Assembly: GCA_047495785.1 (NCBI GenBank)
Contig: JBLDXI010000003.1
Location: 2,666,001 to 2,730,000 of the forward strand
Reading direction: 5' to 3'
Source: Lepidodermella squamata
Lineage: Eukaryota > Animalia > Gastrotricha
Length of the DNA stretch: 64,000 nt
The translations under genes and the position numbers were made by a program. Under the pieces are notes generated by a model, which made no database searches, was not told the DNA's origin, and saw nothing but the letters and a program-made list of their open reading frames with translations. Shown in pieces: positions 1-11,706 of the stretch; within the stretch, counting starts at the first letter, position 1, and every line of letters begins with the position of its first letter.

Positions 1-3000
1 GTTCGAAATTTCCTCCTCAAAACGAATTTACCATCATCGCTGATTTTCGATGTGATCGCCTTCAATCCAGATCAACCCAGCTTAATTTCGAAAATGAGTG
101 TAATCGTCGCAATTTCACCCTCGGAAGAAAAATCGAACGTATCGTCGCCCTGGGGTGAAAAAGATGAGCTGGAAATCCCGCTACCGGAAGATGTTCGGTC
201 TGCGATCGATTTGCCAGTCGAATCGATGAAAAATTCCGGATATTTCGCATTTTTCAACGAATCAGCCCAAAATTCTTTCTTAATCGACCACAAAACCGGT
301 CGATTATCGGCGAAAATCGATAAATTGGTCGAAAATACCGAACAAGGCGTTGAAACTCAGCTGGTTTATTTTTCACTTCCGAAACACCGATATTCGATGA
401 AAAAGCCGAAATTAGTCAAAATTCGAGTGCGGAGGAACCCGGAACGATGGCCATTGGCTAAATGTGAACGTGACAACTACTCGGCTAATATCAGCGATTT
501 GCTATGGACTTACGGTTCGGCGAATGCTGTTTTCGATATCGTCGAAATTCGAGCGATTTTCGCGAGAAAACAGCGATTCAACATCGCATTCGAACTGGTT
601 GCCAAGGACGCTGAAACTGCTTCGATGTTCCATATCGACCCTAAGTCAGGGCTAGTCCGGGCTCGGGTACCCAACCAGGCCCTACTACCCGACCACCTTA
701 ATTTCACGGTGACACCCAGGGTGACTCAGCAATGGACGGCTCCGACTGTGAATTGCTCGCTTCAAATCGGCGTTGCTAGGCACGCTTCGCTATTCCGTCA
801 GATTCTGCTGGGATTACAGCGTGTTGTTTCATTCGCCGAACTCGAGCAGTTAGAAATCGATGTTATGAATTATCGGCTCGGTTTCAAACTGTCCTACGAT
901 TGCATCGCTGAACAATCGAATTGCCGCGTGACTTTGATCCATGTCCCGACTGGAATCAGCCGAGAAATCTCGCTGAGCCTAATTTCTCAGCCGATTTCAG
1001 CAGCCCTGGGTCGTCGGAAAATTGCTGATCAATCAACGGCTTGTTCTTCGTCGAGTTCAAACCAAATCGGGTTGAGTTTTCCGAGTGATTTGAAAGGCGC
1101 TGGTTACTTGACGTCAATTCAAGACTCGTTCATCGACTACAAATTGGACGTTGAAGTTGGGCTGAGTAGGAAAATTGAGGTCGCCGTTCAATTCTCGCTG
1201 CCTCACTCCGAATTCGATCAAAGTGTTATGGAGCTGACGATGGGTGGTCAACAGCGTGATTCTATCGTGCTTTTGACTGCTAGTCGCAGGTCGATTTCAG
1301 CAAGATTGGTCGTCCAGGGACAGGAGGACCAAGTTCTTTCAGTCAATTTGGAGAGCATTTTCGAGAAAACGGGCCTGAGTGTTGCTGACGTGATCATCAC
1401 TGCTACCGATTCGGTAAATTTCCTATTAAAAAGACTATATTTAGAAATTGCAAAAAAAATAAAAAATATGAGGAACTAAATTTTAAAATTTTAATGAAAA
1501 AAATATTTAAAAATATAAAAATTTTGAAAATTTCTCAAAGTGAAAATAAATTGGGAGTTGAAGCGAGAAACTCATATTAAAATTTAAAATTTGAAAGAAT
1601 TAAGGTATTTTGTAATTCTTGGGATTTCAGTTCTGGAATTTGTTTGAAAAATTTAAAAAATTTAAAATTTTCAAATTTCAACAATTTTTTACGTTTTTTC
1701 GGAATAACTTCAACTTCAATTTTTAATTCCTATTCAAAATTTCTAAAAATAAGCGAGTATCAAATTTCTATTTTCAAAATGATGAAATTTTAATTATAAA
1801 TCCCTGATTTATAATTATTTTATTTTTTTATTCTTTAGTTTTGGTCATTCGAACTCGCAAACTGTCGATCTGATGCGTTGGAAGACCAAGGCCAGCAATG
1901 TTGGTACTGGCTACCATTCCGTCATTCTGGAAGCTCAAATTTCACCATCTCCCGCCTCAGTCGCATCCTAATCGGCTCAACCCGAATTTCAACCCGAACA
2001 GAGCGCTTTACGGGCTGTGTTCAACGCGTTCTCATCAACGGCGAGCTCGACCTGTTCCAACTTGAGGCAGCTGCCAAGTCCGGCCAAGTCACGTGGTCAC
2101 GCGAATGCTCGTGCCAAAACCGGACTCAAGCCCACCTGTGCCGCCTCAACAGCCCCCACCACCCGCCTATCAAATTTGACCCGAAAGGCAGCGATTTTAC
2201 GGAAATGGACTGGATGCCACTGGCGTTAGGGACGATTTTTTCGTTCCTAATCCTAGTCGGGGTGTTGATTGGCGGATTTTTGCTGAGGAATCGAATCATG
2301 ACATCGCCGCTATGCCTACGTCGCTATAGCAAGGCGGATAGCCACCATGACTACAGGGGTCGGTCGGTCTCAACCGACTCGCCCACAAGTTCGAGCGGAG
2401 AATTCGCGTTACCGTCCCGATCTCGCACCCTGATCAGCGGATCAGCCTCAGCCTTCGCCATGCAGGTCGTTATCGGCTCGTCGAATGGCACCGTCATCGT
2501 ACCCAGCCCGCCTAATTCCTGCGGCGATTCCGGGTTCATCGAGCAGAAGCAAACTACAACGGCTTTTGTGACAAGCCCAGCCACCTTAACGCCGACGGAT
2601 GAGTCGCAACTCGTCACGGATAACGAGCAGATGAATTTGACAGCGCCGAGGTCGAATTCGCAGCAGGAGCACCACCGCCAGTTGTGGGCGCTGAAAAGAT
2701 CGACCCTAGGCTCGAGATCGGCGAATTTCCAGCACAAACGGCCGAAACAGAAAATGTCGAGTAAAAACCGCGAAAATTTCAGCCCGCCGGCTATTTCGCG
2801 CCCGTCCGGCTACCCGTACGATAACAGCCACCACCAGCAGCCGTGGCAGGCGAGTAGCGAGTGGCAGTACGTACCCGGCGAGCCGGCGTCGCCGTCGAAA
2901 AAACGCGCCCAGACGTCGGTGCGCGGGTCGCGGGTGGCTAAGGCAGCGCCGAATTTGCCGCAGAAATCATCGCGGCAAAGCCACGCCGCGACTGTCTCGC

Positions 3001-3314
3001 GGGCGGTGGGTGAGCGGTTGAAAAAAGCGGCGCCCATCGCGCCTGAGGATCAAAATTTGTGGCAGGCCCTGTTAGCGGCGTCAGAGCCGCAGACGCAGGC
3101 GTCGAGTGTGTGCGATGGCGATTTTTACGTTCAAAATCGGCCGAAAACCGCGGCGGTTCCGACGCCGGTTGCGAATGCTAGGGCTCGCACGAGTAATCGG
3201 CTGGTTGCGGCGCCGAAATCTGCGTCGCCCAGTAAACGCCCGGCGGTGCCCGTCCACCCTAATCACACGCAGAGTTCTTCTTTTGGCTTCGACTCACCTG
3301 GTGTCTATTTGTAG
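1..3314 (+). CDS. 3' part of a FAT-like atypical cadherin (cadherin repeats, laminin-G-like domain, single TM, low-complexity cytoplasmic tail); 5' end outside window
   Basis: Frame is open from base 1. Cadherin-type strands FLIDHKTGRLS and FHIDPKSGLVR are present. A phase-0 GT-AG intron at 1414-1838 joins the two large ORFs in frame. It carries a LamG C-terminal signature RFTGCVQRVLING and a TM segment WMPLALGTIFSFLILVGVLIGGFLL. Confidence 0.7.
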
Positions 3315-3703
3315 GTCAAGCGCCCGAAAAAAATCTCACATTTTTGTGCGTGTCTTATTTCGAATGAATTATTGTTGCTACTGCCATCGATTTATATCAC
3401 TGGATATGTACAGGATGAAAAAAATACCTATCATTTTATTATTATATTGTATAATTGTTATATTATTTGTCAATATACAATATTGTCATGCTGTAAATTC
3501 AAATGAAATTTTTGCATTTTTTTGATGAGCTGATATAACATGAAAAAGAAATCATGATGAGAAAAGAGTTTAAAATAAAAATGATAAAAAATTTGAAACT
3601 TCGCGTTTTTTATTTATTTCACGACGAAACAACTAAGATACAAAAGCGGGCAGTAATGAAAAGACTGATTGCTGGCGGTGGGTATAATACAATAGCTATA
3701 AAA

Positions 3704-4990
3704 TCAGAAAAAGCTGCTGAGGAAGTTGAACGAGTTACACCCCTGGAAGTAGCAGTACGACACGAATATTATGTTAATGAAAATTGCGGCTATTAGCAGG
3801 GCGCCGGTCAGCGATGAGAACTTCTGCGTGATCCAGTCTATAACAGCACTTCGCTTGTCCAGTCGATTATCTAAAAAATTCACAAATATTGGGAATCATG
3901 AAATGGGGAAAACTCGTAATTTTAGGCAAATTAGGCAAAAAAGATTCTGAATAATACTGCTTAAAAATGTGGTACCTAATTAGCATATTAATTGGTAATT
4001 CAAAATTTCAAAATATAGCATAAAATTTTGTCGAGACCCAAAAAGCGACTTTGAGCTCTCCTAAAATGAAGACCCGTAAAAAATAATGCCTATTTCCTAG
4101 AGAAAAAAATGACCCAAGAGCTATAACCCCAGCTAAAAATTGAAGTAGTAATTAAATTGCGAAGCATTTATTGAGCAAATTTTTAGCTGCTACGACACAT
4201 CAGATTTTATACTGGTTGATAGCTTTTACACCTCTTTCAATAATGAATAAGGTGGCATATTTGATTCAAATACCGTAAGAAGAATTTTTAATGTGAATTT
4301 TCAATGTTTTTGCTTCAAAGTTAGGTTAGGTTAGGTAAGCAGGTGGGTTAGCAGCTAAAATTTTGCTTAAAAATAGCTTCAAATTCTTGGCTTGAGTGAT
4401 ATCTCTGGTCATTTTTTCTGTGACCTATTCTTATTATCTCGATGGGAAAATTTTGGTACTGCGCCCTAAATGTCTTTTTAGGCTTATAAAATTTTAATTT
4501 AATTCATTTTCACTTCTATTTAATTTTTCCAATTTTTTGCGTAAGTATATTCTGATAGTGAAGCTAAATGGAATTCAAAATTTCGATCTTAGGAAAAGCA
4601 GGGTAAAAAAATACTTGGCGGTGTCGAGTCTCCATTGCCGCCAATTAGCGGGCTGGTTGCGTTGACCAAAAACGGCGATGATGAAATCAGCCAATTGAAT
4701 ATTTTGTTGATATCCAGCGGTTGCGCTTCCGGTACGTTATTGTTGCGATATTGCTCCTTGTTGCTGCTTAGCGCCGTTAGCGACTCGGTCGTGTTCAAAC
4801 TCGACGAGTTGACGATGACATTGCCGTTAACTATCGACACGGCATCATCGAGCGACAAATTAGCCGGTAATGAAAAAAACGAATGCGCAACTTTAGAATT
4901 ATAACTAGCGGTATTAGTCGGCCTTTGAAAACCTGTTAAAACTTCGACGTAGCCAATGGCCAGTACTAGTAGTACGTTGATAGCAGCCAT
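3704..4990 (-). CDS. Orphan single-pass type I membrane protein, 2 exons (4990-4615, 3870-3704)
   Basis: Signal-peptide-like start MAAINVLLVLAIGYVEVLTG and an Asn/Ser-rich ectodomain with several NxS/T sites. A phase-1 GT-AG intron (4614-3871) leads into NRLDKRSAVIDWITQKFSSLTGALLIAAIFINIIFVSYCYFQGCNSFNFLSSFF*, which contains a TM helix. Confidence 0.65.
4101..4419. mobile_element. MITE-like element with imperfect terminal inverted repeats inside an intron
   Basis: 4101-4192 (agaaaaaaatgacccaagagctataacc...gagcaaatttttagctgcta) matches the reverse complement of 4349-4419 (agaaaaaatgaccagagatatcactc...aagcaaaattttagctgcta), allowing one gap. (TTAGG)3 lies at 4321-4335. Confidence 0.5.
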
Positions 4991-5337
4991 AGTTTTCGCG
5001 GTTATGAGAGGTTTTGAGAAGAGGCGCGGCGGTACCAGCGAATTCCTGCTGTGCGATTATTGCCAGCGGCTAATCTATTTGAGGTATTCACAACCGGATT
5101 TCATGTACGAAATTCACCTGAAAGCGCGTACGCACTAAGCCGCCTCTTGACAACACACATTACGCGTCTATTGTCTATTACCAAGTCGCGTCTGGCGCCG
5201 CGCGTCTAGCCGACGCCGTCAATTAAAACCGCGCTAAATTCTCTCAACTCAAAATAATTAGCCATTGCGCAACACAAATAAAAAATCGAATATAAAATGA
5301 GCGATTTTTTCATTTTTTAACATCAATCAATCAATCG

Positions 5338-6318
5338 ATGGCATCAGTTCAACAGTCGAGCTATCCTTTCATGGGCTCCACGATGGGCTCGTGGAGCGGC
5401 CCGAATCCGATGGCTAATTACGGTCATCCTGGCGCCACCATGTTTGCGCCGTCGAAATTCCCCGTCACCCCTGGCACGTTTGGAGCTGAGCCTTGGGCTA
5501 ATTTCGGCCCCGAGCCATGGCCAGTCAATTACGGCAACACTTTCGGCCCGACCAACGTCTGGCCGACTGGTAATGTCCCGGTTTCGAACCCGATGATGAG
5601 CAGCCAAACGCTGTACAACGTCAATTTCCGCCCGACCAACTGGGTTGAATTCTACACGATGACTAACCCAATTCGCGTTCTTGACCGTGACGGCAATCGC
5701 ATGCTGTTTTTGGAGTTCGATATGCGCGGTAAAAAAATAGCGAAAAATTAGTTCGAATAGTTTACATAATATTTTCTCACAGGATTCAAGCCTGAAGAAA
5801 TCAATGTCACCCTGAACAAAACTGAGCGATCGATCATCGTCGAAGCCAACTACGATTACAAAGAAAAAGACCACCAGCTCACCCGTAAAATCTCCCGAAA
5901 ATTCGTCCTTCCCGATGTAAGTCTCAAAGCTCATTTTTTCGAGATATTCAAAATAAATTGATAATTTAAAAATATTGATCGATAATTTTTAAAAAATTAA
6001 TTGAAAATCAGAAAATAATTACCTATTAGGTAGTTTTATTTGCCTAAAATCCTTAATTATTAATTTTATTAATTTTTATTTCAGTACTTGAAGACGGTTG
6101 ATCTGAGCAAGGTTGATGTTTTCTCGACCCTGAATGTCAACGGCACCCTGATCGTTGAGGCCACCCTGCCGCGTATGACCCCAGAAGAGCTTGCAAAATG
6201 GCCCGCTGGCGCAGGTTCTCACATCCACAGCGCCATGTGCGGCCCTAATATGATGGCCTGTGGTTCAGTTGGAGGAGGATCGACTGTTCCGATCTTGGTC
6301 CGTTCGGTCAGCGCCTGA
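5338..6318 (+). CDS. Small heat-shock protein (HSP20/alpha-crystallin domain), 3 exons (5338-5728, 5783-5916, 6085-6318)
   Basis: The spliced product reads FDMRGFKPEEINV...TRKISRKFVLPD...STLNVNGTLIVEA, matching the alpha-crystallin consensus (FxPEEIxV, RxFxLP, LxxxGxLxxxA). Both introns are GT-AG and keep frame. Confidence 0.9.
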
Positions 6319-7188
6319 AAAGCCACGTCAAAAAAAGAAGCACTAATGCCGGCCCAGCATGCGTTCACTGTTTACTCAATGCCTGATGAAGTAGCTTGTA
6401 CCGTGTATAATTTATTCCCCGACTCAAAGCTGAGATAATTTATTTTTTTTGTCTTCTATTGCCGCGCACCGGTTATATTTAAATTGTAAAATAACTATAA
6501 TAATTTATTTACAACGGGAAGCCATAACTTATATTTTGTCCAAATGTGTATGATATGTACAGAATAATATGCCTAGAAATAAATGCAATGAATATGATTT
6601 TGGCTTTTTTGTTTTCAAAACTTCTTGAGTTATTTCAGTAATTTGAATAAGTTTTGGTAATTGATTATTCCGTATCTAACCAATATTTGAGGTTCAAGCC
6701 CTAAATTTAAGCTTTCTAGCAATAATTTGCGTTGACCTATCGATCTTGATCGATTCAGACCCTGGGAAACTGAACGCGGAGTTACGGCAAATTACAGGCA
6801 ATATTGATTGGGCAAGATAATAAAAACAATTAGGGAAGACTATAAAAAACTAAACACTAAAAAAAACATATTTTGAGTAAATCTATTAGGTAGTGCTGGA
6901 ACCCTAAATTGAGGGTGATCACTTGGCACATCACCAATTTTTTTCATGGGCATTTTTTCCTCAACAAGCCCAATCGATAATAATAGCTATTTTATTATTT
7001 TAGGAATCTAATATTATCGACAAAGACAATGAAGAGCAATGTAAATTATACAAATTACACATTCAAATGTAAAACGATAATTGTATTGTGCATAAAAGCC
7101 ATAACTAGTGCTTCAAAATTCGATAAATAGTAATGGTTAGAACTTGGATAGAAGAGAGTCTGATTTCGCGCGAGATAATGCTGTAAGT

Positions 7189-9793
7189 TCAGGCTGTCGA
7201 TGAAACAACGCTCCAAGCATCGCCGTAGTTATCAGCCATATTCGTTGACCACTCAGCCCAGTAAGCCTCAATCTGGTCCTTCGGTCCAATTCCAGGGATA
7301 AGTCCACGATACGTCAAATCAATATCATCCGTATGGTTGTGCAACCGGTTGTAAGCGGCCTTGGAAACTTGAACTTTCATAGCTGTATAATAATTTGCAG
7401 ACGAAATCACTAAAACTATAAGATAGTGAAAAAATGTTTACGCAGGCTTGTCGAATGGACCAGTGAAGCCTCGGGAATCAAAGGGCCAACTAACAGCATC
7501 CGAGGAATTTGCAAATAAACCAGCTTGGCGGCGCATGCTCCGACGTGAATGCCAAATCGAACGTGAATGTCGCCTTCAATGTCTTCTGTTTCGTTATTGC
7601 TGATTTCGAAGATTTCCTTCAGTTCCAGGGCCAGTGAGACCATTTCAAGGACGTGGTTAGTAATAACGCGATGCTCGCCCAACCCATTTGCGAAAATCAT
7701 CCCTCCACCTTACAGATTTAGTCAAATTTTCATCGACGAATCTGAGTAACTCCAAATACCTGTAACTTCGATTTTAACGCATGATCGAGAATGAAGATTT
7801 TCCTCGATAACTTCGAACGTCTTATTGAGAATCGTCGAGAAAGTATCAGCATCGTACTCAGTTTGAAGAGCATCGATGTTGAAAATGTCCATAACGGCAA
7901 CGCAGGTATCTTCATGCAGCAAAACATATCACTTTTACATGAATCAAGGACTTGTTTTTACCTGAGAAGAACTTCGGGGACATTGATTGGCCCAGTTTAG
8001 CAGGCGTTGCTAGTTCATAGGGCAGGTAATCGTAGAGCAAAGTCAGGGCATCAGTTAGTTGATCGAGGTTCTTGTAGTAAGTTGTCACAACGTTCTGCAT
8101 GCGGCGCGTGGCAAGGATATGAAGAAAATACGTGATTACAACGAAAAATGCAGCGGTAGCATACATTCCCACGACTGTGAAAACAAGGATGTGATTTGTT
8201 GGTTGTGGTTTGGCTTACATCACTTACAGAACACGTCATTAGAAGGCCAGAGTCCGACATTTGCAGCTAGGGCTTCGTCAGATACTCGCCGCACTTCAGC
8301 TAGGACGTACAGTATGTTAGTTTCATGCCTAGCAGTTTTCTCCCCGAAGTCATTGCCGTCGATTCTGTCGAAAGCCTGCTGAAGGGCTATAGCTTGCAAT
8401 GTTTCAACTTCCTTGTTCGAGTCCAGCGAGGTCAAGTTGTCCACCTTCAGCGCAGTGAAGTCTGAAGTGATACCAGCAACTTTCTGTAGCTCTTGGTACT
8501 GGTTGTAAAACGCAAGCATTTTGCCGTAGACTCGATCATTTATAGCCACAGTTCGGTCTGAAAACAACGATTCGAAGCATCTGTAGGTTAAGCTTAAAGC
8601 AAACTCACTTTCTGAAGCAAGTTTCTTGCCGACGATTGAGTATTGCTTAAAACTCATCCACTGAAAGTAATAACGTAAATGATATAAAAGTGCGATTGGG
8701 CTTAGAGAACCATTTGAAAAACAGGCGTCAGCGCAAGAAACTCCTTGTAGCCGATGTAAGGCGGTGCATTGACAATCAAAATGCCTCCAACTGCAATGAG
8801 CTGCTCAATAATTGTCGAGTAGAACTGCAACACCTGCGCCTCTGAGGTATCAAAACATAAGCCGAGTTTACCGCGTTTCAGGTTATGTCTCTAACCTTCA
8901 GTTCCATTAACCGCCTTGCGCAACTCCCTCTGCCCCTTTACTGCCGTTCTAAGGGCGGCCAGGGAAGTTATGTTGACCTGCAGTTCTGTCGGGACCACAT
9001 CAAAATCGCTGCCTTGGGGCCACGAGTCGCTCCAGATGAGAAGCTGAATTGAGGATTGAGTTTCTTTTGCTGCAATGCTAACGCACTGTAACTTACGCCA
9101 TCGACGACTTTGAAGATTTCTCTCGACTTGAGCTGAAAGTTGTCGTAAGTGCCCGTATTGAATCTAGAAGACTTTTTAACGGCAAGCAAATAATTTTTGG
9201 GAAATTCACTCATAAGAGACGCCCATTTCATCTGCCAACGCCTGCACCATGTCGAACACTGTAGGAATGAAGATCAAAGTTCGAATTCCAATTCAAGCTC
9301 TAACGTATACTCACCAGAGTTTGCCAAAGTTCGCGTATCCTGGAAAACGGTCGAGCGGATAATATTGAGGTCCACATCATCTTACTGTAATAACTCACCG
9401 TGATTACTTCATCCATAGCATCTCTCGCGTTTGAAGCATCGATGTCAGAGTAAATTTGGACGAGAATACCAGCAGTGGCGATAATTGCGAAGGCTGAAAC
9501 CTGTAGATAGCACAGGGTTCAAAAGGAACCACACTCAATCGCATTTAACGCACCCATAACAGCATAACAGTACGGCCTGAGCTGTTTTTCAGCTGAGGAT
9601 CGAAACACGATGTGAGGCAACAACCGAAAAAGCTTTGATTGCCCAATCCCAACCGGCCGTCTTGACCCTTAAGTGTAACGCGAGTTCTACCGCTTGGCGA
9701 GGGCAGAGCCAGTGGGTCCATGTTGTCAGAGTCTGCGAAGCTCTCCGTGGGACTCGCCCGGCGACGCTGGTTAGAAGGGTTAGTACGTTGCAT
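7189..9793 (-). CDS. NIT-like 2-TM receptor with degenerate guanylate-cyclase-like domain, copy 1
   Basis: Exons encode FDPQLKNSSGRTVMLLW (pre-TM1), RTAVKGQRELRKAVNGT, TM2, LLYDYLP, VMDIFN, KIEVTGGGM, VRFGIHVG, PRMLLVGPLIPEASLVHS, MKVQVS and EAYWAEW. Confidence 0.85.
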
Positions 9794-10313
9794 GCTCTGA
9801 TTAAAACAAAAAATAAATGCCCTCCTTTGATCAGATACATGCTATATATATAGAGATGAACTCGGACGGTTAAATCACAGTCATGTGCTCGGGCCATCTT
9901 ATAATTAATTGAAGATACGTCATTTACGCACGTCATCGAAACTGATTGCCTTGGATGTACTCGACAGTAATTAAACAAGTAACAATTTTTAATCGCTGTA
10001 TTTTTCTGCAATATTATACTGCGGTCATAATCCGTTTTTAATCCGACTTCGCCTCTAAGAAGCAGCCGAAATATGTCAAATGAACCCAGTATACCTATCT
10101 GTGAAATGCACCTTACATGATTAAGCCGAATGTCGATGTTGCTTTCCCCTTTTTGCAAACATTGTTAAATCCTGTTACGGTTACTGTTAGTCATTTTCAT
10201 CTGGCAGAACTGGAAAATCGTAAAAAAATTCAATCACTAAGCTGCACGGGCACAACTGAAACGTACAAAGACGAAAATATTTATTTAAACCGTTGGGACA
10301 TAATTTTCCAAAA

Positions 10314-10565
10314 TCAGTTTTTGATTAATTGATAAATATCAACATTTCCTGATAAAGATGCTCTTGCGATCGTTCTAGCAAAGGCAGCGTCGTCGATAGT
10401 ATCGGCAGTAACGCTGTGACTAGTCAGTTTTCCGGTCGGTTTAGTAGGGACCTTGGAGATTGTCGTCGTGCTTTTTGAGTGCTTCATCGAAGATGTTCGA
10501 GTTGGAACAGCGTCATTCTTTTTGTAATGATACTCCGCAGAAACAGGCCGATTGGATTTGTCCAT
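10314..10565 (-). CDS. Possible small Ser/Thr/Lys-rich protein of unknown function (83 aa)
   Basis: ATG-initiated ORF with protein-like composition in the gap between copies 1 and 2. No recognisable domain. Confidence 0.3.
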   Translation of the reverse strand: MDKSNRPVSAEYHYKKNDAVPTRTSSMKHSKSTTTISKVPTKPTGKLTSHSVTADTIDDAAFARTIARASLSGNVDIYQLIKN

Positions 10566-11706
10566 GGATTTGAGTCAAACGAAGGTCATCTGGATGCATA
10601 GGGTTATGAATGCATTGCAGTATTGCACCTTACTAGTTAGAGAGACATTTCTATCGCGCAATAGCCATGACATTCAGTAGGAAAAAAACAATAGGCGAAT
10701 AAGTGCGAAATGTTTGGCAGCGGAAGCAGCCTGGTCTTGTGCTCAGCCATGCGTGCCATGCGATGTTTGCCATCCTTCTCTAAAAAAAGACTCATGAAAT
10801 AGTTTGTTTTATGTACACAAAACTGCTTTAACACATTCAGCCGCAGCAACATGCGTGTGAGGATCCATGAAGAATTCTTCAAGTGCCAGCATGCATCCCT
10901 TTACAACCAAAAAACTACTGATGCTCTACCTATGAACAGAAAATTAGGCAGGAAAAGCAACAGCGTAGAGTTTCACAGGTTATCATCCCGTACGTTATCA
11001 GGCGGTTCAGTGGATATTAGGGATTTTAGGGGTTGGGCACAGCTACTTGTGCTCATTTGTTTTAACATCTCAATCGCAGAGAAGCGCGCCGGTATAATTT
11101 TGACAAGCCCAAAAACTGAAGCTTATCGATTGGTGATGAAATGCGCTTACCCGAACCCGACTGCAATTAGCTGAATAAAACTCAAAACCAAGTCGTGGTT
11201 GAAGGTGCAAATTTAATCAGCGATCTCTCCTCTACAGAATAAGGATCATGTGCCATGTTACAAAGATGCAGACATAAACTCAAAGACAACCATTCATTTG
11301 ACTTTTCTCTGAGTATTAGACACTCATATTATCAGCGGTGCCATTTCAACAAATTCTAAAAATATAGTCGATTTCCCAAAGTAACATTCAACTTTCAGTG
11401 AGGCAGTGAATACTGTAGGTATACTTGAATGCAAATAGACCACTGAACAAGTGACGGGCTACCTGTGAGCAAAACCCTTATACATAGAGGCACACAAACA
11501 CCAACAATTTAGTTAGTAAATGAAAAGAAGTTTCAAGAATCATTTAAAGCACGATACAGAAATATTATATAATTATCGTTAGGACTTCCGAAATTCTCAT
11601 GGGTTTATATTCCAGATCTAACTAATTCTCATCAATTTTCCAATCCTGATGCTGTGTTCTGTGAGATTGAACAATTCATTTGTAGTTTGTAGTTGCAATT
11701 TGCGAC

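Noticed and set aside
3106-3796. Plus-strand ORFs of 139 and 80 aa
   Set aside because: One is an alternative frame of the cadherin end running into AT-rich UTR. The other is antisense to the last exon of the 3704-4990 gene.
4321-4335. (TTAGG)3 as a telomere or taxonomic marker
   Set aside because: Only three units, inside an intronic element, so it is not informative.
5344-5934. 196-aa minus-strand ORF
   Set aside because: Antisense shadow of the sHSP exons.
9589-10158. 189-aa minus-strand ORF
   Set aside because: Non-ATG start, overlaps the first exon of copy 1 in another frame, and has no recognisable motif.
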